Shown here piece after piece: positions 31,159 to 38,772 of a stretch of 38,772 bases of DNA. Below the pieces are notes generated by a model that worked only from the letters and a program-made list of their open reading frames with translations, made no database searches and was not told the DNA's origin. Source of the DNA: a virus; the UHGV virus genome UHGV-0236456; one strand, 5' to 3'. The stretch's first letter is position 1. Each line of letters opens with the position of its first letter. The position numbers were made by a program, and so were the translations under genes.

Positions 31159-31974
31159 ATGAGCAAAAACTTTTTTCAATCCGGGGCATTTTTGGGGAAT
31201 GGACTGTCCCGTTTCGCTTTGAACTCTGATCCTGTGCAGCTGATGGAGTCTGCCCGAGCAAGCGCCGAACCGCCAACAGATCCGGTTATTAATAATAATC
31301 CGGAACCGGCGGCACAGACTAACGATAACGTTCCATCTGCCCCGGCTCCAGAGCAAATCCTGGAAGGGAAAGACGGTAAAGAATGGACCGTCGAACAGGC
31401 GCACCAGATGATTCTGGAAGCTGCAAATCGAAGTGCTATGCAGAATGCGTTGAGTGATGCGGCCGACGCCGTTTTCGCCTGGGCTGATAGCGGTGATCTG
31501 ACTTTCGACTCCCTTGATGGTTTCGTTCAGGCTATCGCTGGTATCTCTGATGACGACGACTCCGAAGTTACAGAAGAACAGGACGATGCCTATAACGAAG
31601 CATGGGCAAATGTTGCTGACTTCCTCGCAGCATGCGGTGTAGATGATGACCTGATCGAAGCACTGGCTGACGATGAAGACGACGACGCAGCTGCTGATGT
31701 TGGTGCCTCTATCGCTGGTTTAGATAGCGACGACCGCGACGAACTGGAAGCGGCGTTTGTTGTTGCTGGCACTTCTGATGAAATGCTGACTGAAGCATTT
31801 AAGAAGGTTGTTCGTAACGGTGAGATCAAACTCATCCGTAAACGCCTGCGTAAAAAACGTCTGACTGCGGCTCAAAAATCGGCGCTGAAAAAAGCGCGTC
31901 GAAAAGCCCAGACCGGCGCGGCAAAACTTGCCCGCAAAAAGTCAATGAAACTGCGCCGTAAGCGCCTTGGCTAA
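31159..31974 (+). CDS. hypothetical virion protein with acidic core and strongly basic C-terminal tail
   Basis: 271 aa; C-terminus KLIRKRLRKKRLTAAQKSALKKARRKAQTGAAKLARKKSMKLRRKRLG. Confidence 0.6.
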   Translation: MSKNFFQSGAFLGNGLSRFALNSDPVQLMESARASAEPPTDPVINNNPEPAAQTNDNVPSAPAPEQILEGKDGKEWTVEQAHQMILEAANRSAMQNALSDAADAVFAWADSGDLTFDSLDGFVQAIAGISDDDDSEVTEEQDDAYNEAWANVADFLAACGVDDDLIEALADDEDDDAAADVGASIAGLDSDDRDELEAAFVVAGTSDEMLTEAFKKVVRNGEIKLIRKRLRKKRLTAAQKSALKKARRKAQTGAAKLARKKSMKLRRKRLG

Positions 31975-32009
31975 AGGAGGAGGCCGGAGAACTCCGGCCT
32001 TTAACTTGA

Positions 32010-32591
32010 ATGGCACCTATTCCTTATGGGGTTTACAGCCAGGCTGACGGTGTATCGCCATTTCTGAAAGTTACTTTAACGAACTCTCAGTACCAGGTTA
32101 CCGGATATATCAGCCAGGGGGCGGCAATGAACATGGCCCAGAATTGGGAAGCGCCGTTTACCGGTATGTCCATGGGATCTGTTTCTGGTGCTCTGGGTGG
32201 TTTTGTGCAAGTAGGTACTGAAACAACGTCGGTTGCCCGTTGGAATAGCTTAATGGTTTGGGAAGGGGGGACTCCGCCGACGTTCACGCTGCCTGTAACT
32301 TTCATTGCTTTGAACAATCCATTCATTGAAGTTTCAGGCGCTATTGCCGCGTTGACAGCCATGATTAGCCCGGAGCTAAAAGCGGCCAATGTTGGTGGTC
32401 GAATCCCGGAGCGCGTGACGCTAAACATTGGTCGCCGGATCAACATCACCGATGTCGCCATCCAGGACTTAAGTTTTGATCTCGATGCGCCAAGGGATAG
32501 TAATGGATATTTCCTGAAAAACACCGTCAACCTCCAGTTGACCGGTTCTTCGATATATAACAGCTCCGATATTGTTCGGGCGTTCCAGTAA
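32010..32591 (+). CDS. hypothetical tail/baseplate structural protein (193 aa)
   Basis: ORF track; within structural operon; no specific motif. Confidence 0.6.
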   Translation: MAPIPYGVYSQADGVSPFLKVTLTNSQYQVTGYISQGAAMNMAQNWEAPFTGMSMGSVSGALGGFVQVGTETTSVARWNSLMVWEGGTPPTFTLPVTFIALNNPFIEVSGAIAALTAMISPELKAANVGGRIPERVTLNIGRRINITDVAIQDLSFDLDAPRDSNGYFLKNTVNLQLTGSSIYNSSDIVRAFQ

Positions 32592-32602
32592 AAGGATTTT
32601 AT

Positions 32603-33112
32603 ATGGGGCACAATAACACTAAGGGAAACCGTAAATTTATTAAGGGCCGCTATACTGCCAACGCGGCCAAAGGCGAACGACTGGTATCTTCTGAATTCCA
32701 GCTCACTTTTGCAGGCTATGAAGATATCAGTGTACTTGTTCGTACGTCGCAAATCCCTGAAATGACTCGCGAGGATGTGGAGGACTATGGTCCGAATGGT
32801 GTGAAGTTCAACCAGCACGGACCAATTCGAAACTCTGGGGAAATCCAGGTCCAGTGCGTGGAGACTATCGAAGGCGATATTCTTCAGTTCATTAAGGATC
32901 GCATTGCGGCGAAGGACTATGTTGATATCACGATGGCTGCTACCCCTGAATCCAAATCTTCCGGGGTTAACGCTGTGACAAAAGCTGCTACAACAATTGA
33001 AATGTTGGACTGCAAAATCTACAGTGATGCAATCGACTTTAGTACCGAAGATGTGACTGCCGCTGTGCGCCCGTCACTTCGTATCGTCTACAACTGGATT
33101 GAGTGGGATTAA
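32603..33112 (+). CDS. putative tail tube-like protein (169 aa)
   Basis: IPEMTREDVEDYGPNGVKF segment resembles conserved region of contractile-tail tube proteins (tentative); followed by strong terminator. Confidence 0.6.
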   Translation: MGHNNTKGNRKFIKGRYTANAAKGERLVSSEFQLTFAGYEDISVLVRTSQIPEMTREDVEDYGPNGVKFNQHGPIRNSGEIQVQCVETIEGDILQFIKDRIAAKDYVDITMAATPESKSSGVNAVTKAATTIEMLDCKIYSDAIDFSTEDVTAAVRPSLRIVYNWIEWD

Positions 33113-33131
33113 GAGTCATCCCTTGTATTTT

Positions 33132-33156
33132 AAAGCTCCTTCGGGAGCTTTTTTTA
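33132..33156 (+). terminator. rho-independent terminator (AAAGCTCC-TTCG-GGAGCTTT + T-run)
   Basis: Read in sequence. Confidence 0.6.
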
Positions 33157-33283
33157 TAACTATTTTATATAAACATGCATCGATAACATTGTCTGGAGTT
33201 TTATGTTAGATTATTAATGTTCTAATAAACTACAATTATTGAGGTAGATGTTTGTGCCTGTACTGTTAAAGGGGGACTCTAAA

Positions 33284-33880
33284 ATGGCTGTGATTCCAAT
33301 GTCGTACTCCCCGGGTACTGTCGCTCGTCGATTTTCGATCCTGGACGGAGTTACCATCCAGGGTGTGCTTTACCAGGTTATATGGGATTCCAAAACCCCA
33401 TTTGCAGCTGTAATAGAGGCTGCGCCTTCTATTATCGATGGTGATATGCGCCATAAGGTTGTCGCCACTCTTGAACTTCAACGTCGCCCACAGCTTGAAG
33501 GCGTACTGGTGAGGAAGTTCTGGGAAGATAACGATGTTGCCCAGATTGAAGGTATCGTGGTTGATGGAATCGTCCGGGATGTCGGTTTAGCCACTTTTGT
33601 TTATGAAACCGTAGCTTCAAAAGCCGGAGTTGTTTTGCTAAGTGACAATGAGCAATACGAAGGCGGAAAGGCTCTTTGGCAGCACATCGCTCGTCGTTCT
33701 TCCGAACTAAAAGTTTTTATCCTTGACACCGATACTGCTCAGTATTACCCATTTGATGGCGAACGTGTTTGCTATGACGGGAAAAGTATTCCTGAATCCG
33801 AGATATGGAGTGAACATCCGGATCGAAGTAAGCATGGGGTTGTTCTTGTCGCAGAATCCATAACTGGAAAGGCGGCATAG
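33284..33880 (+). CDS. hypothetical protein (198 aa)
   Basis: Start at ATG 33284 with SD AAAGGGGGA after a 170-bp AT-rich leader. Confidence 0.55.
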   Translation: MAVIPMSYSPGTVARRFSILDGVTIQGVLYQVIWDSKTPFAAVIEAAPSIIDGDMRHKVVATLELQRRPQLEGVLVRKFWEDNDVAQIEGIVVDGIVRDVGLATFVYETVASKAGVVLLSDNEQYEGGKALWQHIARRSSELKVFILDTDTAQYYPFDGERVCYDGKSIPESEIWSEHPDRSKHGVVLVAESITGKAA

Positions 33881-34168
33881 CAGTAAAATTCCTTGCTCCT
33901 TAAAAGGGGAGAGGGTTAATCTAGATATGCTAAGCATAGATATGGCCTCAGATTAATGTTAAGCGTCTTGCAGGACGCGTAATGTTATCTGGGGCTTTCT
34001 TCTGTTATTTGTTTGAGTGCTAGGTAGCAAAGAGAGCTAGCATTCATCAGGCAAATCTATCAATAAATAGCGTTAGTTTTTGTTGTGTGTATGTTTCTTT
34101 ATTGTTATTGTGTTGTTTGTTTTTTGGACGACGCAATTCCTATAATCTATAGAATAAAGGAAGCATAT

Positions 34169-34456
34169 ATGGCTGATGTACGCATTACTTGCATTACCCT
34201 CTCCGGCTCGCAATCAATCCATGAGCATATTACTCATGTGGGAAGTCCTCAATTTAATACTAGCAATGGGAAATGGACTGTTGAGCAGGTAATTAATGCT
34301 ATTGATAATAATCTCCATACATTCTATGTAACAGATAATGCAGGTAATCGTGTAGAAGTTGGGGTTGTTAATCCTGGTAATGGTGGAAGGCAGTTTATTA
34401 GAACGTATGCAGACAATCGATGGAATAATAATTTACTATCGCTACCAGTCTGTTAA
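34169..34456 (+). CDS. DUF3892-like small protein (95 aa)
   Basis: SD AAGGAAG; RITCITLSGSQSIHEHITHVG...GKWTVEQVINAID...FYV...GNRVEVGVVN...FIRTYADNRWNNNLLSLPVC matches my recollection of the DUF3892 pattern; AT-rich gene. Confidence 0.6.
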   Translation: MADVRITCITLSGSQSIHEHITHVGSPQFNTSNGKWTVEQVINAIDNNLHTFYVTDNAGNRVEVGVVNPGNGGRQFIRTYADNRWNNNLLSLPVC

Positions 34457-34471
34457 TGTAATTTTATAAAA

Positions 34472-34500
34472 AGGCTGCAACCTCTGTTGCAGCCTTTTTT
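34472..34500. terminator. bidirectional rho-independent terminator (GGCTGCAAC-CTCT-GTTGCAGCC flanked by A-run and T-run)
   Basis: Read in sequence between convergent genes. Confidence 0.6.
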
Positions 34501-34525
34501 TAGCCATTATGACTGAGATAAGCCA

Positions 34526-35581
34526 CTATAAACTCTGAACAAGACGTTCGATTGCTGCACCATATCTTTCTAATGGTTCATTATTGATTTGTGGCTCAGT
34601 GTCATGGATCTGATATCTGCCTGGTTTTATATCAAATAGAGGTCTTCCTAGATGGGAAGATACTATAGCTACGGAATGGTTATCTGGCACAGTAAACGTT
34701 TTTAAATTTCCGCCTTGGAACGCTGTTGGTTTATTCGTCCGCAGATTTTCAGCTCTATCCCTGATTTCGTCGAACATTGCCGAAAACGCTTTACTTGCTC
34801 GTTTGTCATACTCTGTCGAACGATTAAAAACTAGAGAATGAATGACAGGAACCGCTAGACCAAACTGTTGACACCGATCGTAAAAGTTAACAGAACGATA
34901 ATCGTTTTGTACTCCAACGCCATAAACCAACTGGCTTAGGTTATCCACTGCTCGAGCCGAAGAACCATCACTTGAGCAAGGTATTATAATTGCATTTGCT
35001 GCTATCAGTGATAGTTCGGTATAGGCAGAGAAACTGGGATTGCAATCAATAAAGCAAATGGTTTCTTCGATACCTTGTTGTTGTGCACATGCAACAAGCA
35101 AATCTCGTAGCCACAGGTGGATGCTTTTCCATGAGTCAACTGGTAAGTTTACGCTGCTTAACTGATTGATTACTTGCGCCTGAACTTCCAGGCTTGGGTC
35201 GCCTGCAATCAAAAATACATTGTCAGGGACATGCTCGTTAATTTCAGAGACATGAATTAAGAAACTTGTTTCTGAACCGGTAAGCATGTGGGGGCTGCGA
35301 GTTCTTCTGTCAAAGTACCCACCGACAGTTTTTCGTTGTTGAATTAAGCTCGCGAGGTTAGCAGCACCAGTACCGTTACCGCCGAGCAATATTTCAGATA
35401 AGTTAGCCTGCGGGCACATATCTGCAAAAATAATACGCTTTTCTGGATTTTGCCTTGCGTATTCACAGGCCATAGCGAAAGATAAGTAGGTCTTTCCTAC
35501 GCCACCTTTATTATTCCAAATAGCATATGATTTCATGGTATCCCCGGCGTTATCTGCTGTTTGTGTGCCAGCATAAGTCAT
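34526..35581 (-). CDS. orphan ParA/MinD-family ATPase with extended C-terminal domain (alternative start at 35536)
   Basis: Deviant Walker A NNKGGVGKT near N-terminus, DMCPQANL and IDCNP motifs; no adjacent ParB-like gene. Confidence 0.7.
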   Translation of the reverse strand: MTYAGTQTADNAGDTMKSYAIWNNKGGVGKTYLSFAMACEYARQNPEKRIIFADMCPQANLSEILLGGNGTGAANLASLIQQRKTVGGYFDRRTRSPHMLTGSETSFLIHVSEINEHVPDNVFLIAGDPSLEVQAQVINQLSSVNLPVDSWKSIHLWLRDLLVACAQQQGIEETICFIDCNPSFSAYTELSLIAANAIIIPCSSDGSSARAVDNLSQLVYGVGVQNDYRSVNFYDRCQQFGLAVPVIHSLVFNRSTEYDKRASKAFSAMFDEIRDRAENLRTNKPTAFQGGNLKTFTVPDNHSVAIVSSHLGRPLFDIKPGRYQIHDTEPQINNEPLERYGAAIERLVQSL

Positions 35582-35845
35582 TATGCATCTCCATTACTAT
35601 CCATGAATTAAGTCAAAAAATATGTAAAAGTAGCAATGTATCACTCTTTTACTAATTATAAACGTTACAAGTTGTGATGGTTAGCTGTGTTTTTATCAGT
35701 ACAAGTTTTGATCTGGCTTTGGGTTTTTATATATGGATATGTCTCAACGATGCCCTGCAAAAAGTAATCGCTAACTGTAAAAAATCAGATTGCATCTCCG
35801 ACCTCAAACTGAAAACGCCAGGTGACTCCAGATTAGAGCAATCTA

Positions 35846-36691
35846 TCACCCTCTGAATCCTGCCGGTATACCCCATTTTTCGTTATCTTTATTTTTGGCT
35901 AAAACCGCATTAAGAGCTTCGTTTACCGTCATGCAATGCGGCAGATTATCGAAGTTTGATACCCCGCTAATATCAGGAGAACGCTTGTTCTTCAGGTAAG
36001 CATATTTCCGCGCTGCCGCCTCTACTTTCTGCTTGAACTCATGTTTTTGAGCGCGTTTTTTGGATAACCGCAGATTGTCAGCCTTTGCTTTTGCCTCAGC
36101 GATCCATGAGGTCAATTTTTTGAATCTGGTCGTTCCGGCACCGCCGGAAACTGATCTTTTTGTTTTTTTAACTTGTGACTTCTTATTCTTTATTGCCACG
36201 TCATCCTGACAGGGGGAGGGGGTATCATTTTGACATGGGGGTGTGGATAAAAAATTAAATAAAGACAATGTCTTAGCGAGAACAGCTTTAACCTTGGTTG
36301 CCGCTGAAGAGATCTTTAATTTGCTTTTAATCAGCGCATTTTTGGCTTGTTGTGCGAAGGCCAAAAAGGATGGTGTAAACCGGTACAGGTTAGCGCGACG
36401 TTCACGGTGATCGCCGATAACAATCTCTACAGACAGAATTCCTTTGTTTACAGCTTCACGGAATGCACGAACGACGGTTGATTGGCTATAACCAGTTTCT
36501 GCCGCGATCAGGCGGTGAGGCTTGTGAATGAAGTATTCACTGGTTGTTGCCGCTAGATTTGCACATTGCGACAGGATATGCCCGGCGCTACGGGATAGAC
36601 CGGAGTGTGTTACAAAGCAGGCCAATTCATAGCCAGAAAAAGTAAAATCGCTCATCGTTATACAGCTCAGGAAAGTGACTTTAGCCAGCAT
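35846..36691 (-). CDS. repL: RepL-like lytic replication initiator
   Basis: 281 aa; immediately downstream of kilA in same orientation, as in the P1 kilA-repL operon (memory); basic C-terminal half. Confidence 0.75.
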   Translation of the reverse strand: MLAKVTFLSCITMSDFTFSGYELACFVTHSGLSRSAGHILSQCANLAATTSEYFIHKPHRLIAAETGYSQSTVVRAFREAVNKGILSVEIVIGDHRERRANLYRFTPSFLAFAQQAKNALIKSKLKISSAATKVKAVLAKTLSLFNFLSTPPCQNDTPSPCQDDVAIKNKKSQVKKTKRSVSGGAGTTRFKKLTSWIAEAKAKADNLRLSKKRAQKHEFKQKVEAAARKYAYLKNKRSPDISGVSNFDNLPHCMTVNEALNAVLAKNKDNEKWGIPAGFRG

Positions 36692-36720
36692 TACAATGCT
36701 GGTGGTTCTTACTACGTCTG

Positions 36721-37521
36721 TTAGCGCGTTGCTGCGACAGGTACCAGCACACCAGCATCAAGCAATCGCTTCATCAGCCACTGCTGACCTTTGCCGGTTA
36801 TACGAGTCGTGAAAGAAATCCTGCTTCCATTGCTTGTATCGATCACGGTTTCTTTAAGGGTGAAATACCCACGGGATATGTATTCTTGTTTGGGGACGTT
36901 CCTGCGTTCACCGGTTGCGATCAGAATTCCGTTATCACGCAACCAGGTGAAGAGATAGTTTTGGCCCAGGCCGAGCACTTTGGCATAGTTGCCGATTAGA
37001 ACCCCGCTGGCGGTAGCAACGCGTTCGGCGAATTCGACTTTAGGTGCATCCATAAGCATTTTTTGCTCCAGCCGTTGCTTTTGCTCTGCCAGGTCGGCAG
37101 CCAAACGGAGAGCTTCAGGGAGACTCTGCGGAATAGCAGGTTGTAATCTTCCGGCTCGATAGTCGATAAATGTCTGGTTTACCTTCAGCCGAAACGCGGG
37201 AGAAATCCAGCCTGCGTACTCCACAGCGAGCAATTCATGGGCAAAAGTGCCGCCGCCACGGCCTTCGAACGAAACTATGCAATTCTGCATAGTTTCTTTT
37301 TCAAGCTCTTCGATGAGCTGTTTGGCTGACAGCGTTCTTAGCCATTGAGCTGGCGCTTTATGGGCACCGAGTCCGCTCGCTCTGTGTAGAGCATTAAGGT
37401 TGTAACGGCCAGCGCGGTCGGTCGTAATTTCAACACCACAAATAACAGGCAGAGTGGTTGAAGGATCGACATTTTGATGAAGGTTTGATATATTCATATC
37501 CGCATTGAATGTTTGTTGCAT
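36721..37521 (-). CDS. kilA: KilA-N/KilA-C domain protein
   Basis: 266 aa; SD GGAGA; C-terminal region shares a ~110-aa segment (PQSLPEALRLAADLAEQK...GKGQQWL) with the adjacent antirepressor, i.e. a KilA-C/antirepressor C-terminal domain. Confidence 0.85.
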   Translation of the reverse strand: MQQTFNADMNISNLHQNVDPSTTLPVICGVEITTDRAGRYNLNALHRASGLGAHKAPAQWLRTLSAKQLIEELEKETMQNCIVSFEGRGGGTFAHELLAVEYAGWISPAFRLKVNQTFIDYRAGRLQPAIPQSLPEALRLAADLAEQKQRLEQKMLMDAPKVEFAERVATASGVLIGNYAKVLGLGQNYLFTWLRDNGILIATGERRNVPKQEYISRGYFTLKETVIDTSNGSRISFTTRITGKGQQWLMKRLLDAGVLVPVAATR

Positions 37522-37590
37522 TTTTTCTCCAAATTTGCATCAACCTTCAATCACCAGCTCGAAATGGTGATTCTTTGCACTTAGAAAACG

Positions 37591-37607
37591 AAATTTATTA
37601 GAGCAAA
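37591..37607 (-). promoter_or_regulatory. C1 operator-like site (AAATTTATTAGAGCAAA, 16/17) upstream of kilA
   Basis: Read in sequence; position equivalent to the operator controlling kilA-repL in P1 (memory). Confidence 0.55.
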
Positions 37608-37685
37608 TTTTTCTGACTCGATCCAGATCGGGTTGGACGATCTGCTCAGAAACCTGCCAGTTTGCTGGCAGGTTTTTTTCTTTTG

Positions 37686-38747
37686 TTAACCTATTGCTAC
37701 TGGTTTTAACAAACCAGCATCAAGTAGCTTGCGAGTTAACCACTGCTGGCCTTTACCCGTTAATTGGGGCGTCAGCCGTATCTGGTAGCCATTTTCATCA
37801 TCCAGCACCACTTCTTTCACCGTGAAATACCCGGCGTTGATGTACTGTTGGCGCGGTACGTTTTTGCGCGCTCCAAAAGCCATGAGAATGCCATTCTGGC
37901 GCAACCATGAGAAAAGGGCGTTTTGCTTAAGTCCAACGACCTTTGCAAAGTTCCCGATCAGGATTCCATTGGCCACTGATACCCGGTCGGCAAAATCGAC
38001 TTTAGGGGCTGCGGCCACCAGCTGTTGTTCCAACTGCATTTTCTGTTCTGCTAACTCGGCAGCCAGGCGTAGGGCTTCTGGTAATGTTTGGGGGATTGCG
38101 ACCGGTTGCTGTTCTTTTTGCCGGAAGTAGCTGTCTTCCAGTTTTTCAAAGAATGCCCAAGCTTCATTTGTGTCCACGATCTTAGACATGCGTGCAGCGC
38201 CGCGCTCGGCCCAGAGAATTACCTGACTTGTATATTTGCTAACCAAGTGACTAATAGTCACTAGCCTTTTAAATTCCTTTAATTTTGAACCAGTTAAGAG
38301 ATAGTAATGCTTACCTTCTTCAAAGCGATCGGGGTTGCGAGACAAATTTTTACGAATATTCGCTTCATCGGTCCCATACCCCTTAGCAAGAGTCTCAGTT
38401 GTCACTACACGTACTCCCAGCCATTCCAGAACGGGAATTTCATCAGGCTGATTTTGAGCAACCACCAGCTCTGATTCCTGAACTGAAGGTGCATGAATTT
38501 TTTCTAATTTAACGTTATTTGCTTTCATTCTGTGTGCCTCCTTGCGTGCTTCGGCTGCGACGGTTGCGTAATTCAGATGACCCTGTTCGAGCAGGTATTC
38601 GCGGATATCAGACAACAGGATACGGTGAACCGCGTTCTTGTCCTTTCTCCGGTAAAGTTGTTTGGTGATCATGAAGTAGTTGGCAATAACGCCTGGTATA
38701 TCCCTGGTACTGATACAGGCAGTGTGCTGTTCAATTGCCTCGATCAT
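37686..38747 (-). CDS. ant: phage antirepressor (Ant-like; C-terminal KilA-C/antirepressor domain)
   Basis: 353 aa from first Met; reading frame stays open to the right window edge so the true N-terminus may lie outside; C-terminal domain paralogous to kilA C-terminus. Confidence 0.8.
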   Translation of the reverse strand: MIEAIEQHTACISTRDIPGVIANYFMITKQLYRRKDKNAVHRILLSDIREYLLEQGHLNYATVAAEARKEAHRMKANNVKLEKIHAPSVQESELVVAQNQPDEIPVLEWLGVRVVTTETLAKGYGTDEANIRKNLSRNPDRFEEGKHYYLLTGSKLKEFKRLVTISHLVSKYTSQVILWAERGAARMSKIVDTNEAWAFFEKLEDSYFRQKEQQPVAIPQTLPEALRLAAELAEQKMQLEQQLVAAAPKVDFADRVSVANGILIGNFAKVVGLKQNALFSWLRQNGILMAFGARKNVPRQQYINAGYFTVKEVVLDDENGYQIRLTPQLTGKGQQWLTRKLLDAGLLKPVAIG

Positions 38748-38772
38748 CTCTTCACGGGTGACTAATGACGTT

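Noticed and set aside
27772-33112. Extracellular contractile injection system or type VI secretion locus (sheath-like, tube-like, spike, PAAR-like proteins)
   Set aside because: The components are dispersed among phage replication, partition and immunity genes with a head-protein-like gene adjacent to the sheath; no AAA+ recycling ATPase or TssB/C-type sheath pair is present. They fit a myovirus virion module.

Overview
This 38.8 kb window reads as a contiguous segment of a P1-like phage-plasmid (a temperate myovirus maintained as a low-copy plasmid), not a chromosomal island. Direct evidence: a RepA initiator (23198..24082) flanked by two ~19-bp iteron arrays (oriR-like and incA-like), a ParA/ParB operon followed by a parS-like centromere with heptamer/hexamer boxes, a kilA-repL operon next to an antirepressor gene, a DnaB-family helicase (P1 ban-like), three minus-strand tRNAs (Ile-CAU, Thr-UGU, Asn-GUU), a fused C5-cytosine/N6-adenine methyltransferase (dmt-like), an RdgC homolog, a lambda-type Ser/Thr phosphatase (ppp-like), a HAD phosphatase, and head/sheath/tube/baseplate-spike-like genes. 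A 17-bp motif matching the P1 C1 operator consensus (ATTGCTCTAATAAATTT, recalled from memory) recurs at least 8 times at operon boundaries. Gene order matches my recollection of P1 (pmgV...pap...ppp...genes 26-5, dbn, ban, tRNAs, dmt, hrdC, upf/ppfA/mlp, repA, parAB, 23-22-21, rlfBA, repL, kilA, ant); this is memory, not a database search. Deviations from that synteny are the best candidates for novelty: (1) a T5orf172/GIY-YIG-like gene with its own terminator between the incA iterons and parA; (2) a ~0.9 kb ORF-poor array of tRNA-like fragments and nested inverted repeats beside the functional tRNAs. Further leads are an AT-rich DUF3892-like plus orphan ParA-like ATPase pair, and tandem CstII/GT42-like paralogs beside the phosphatases. 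No similarity search could be run, so all product calls rest on motifs read from the translations.
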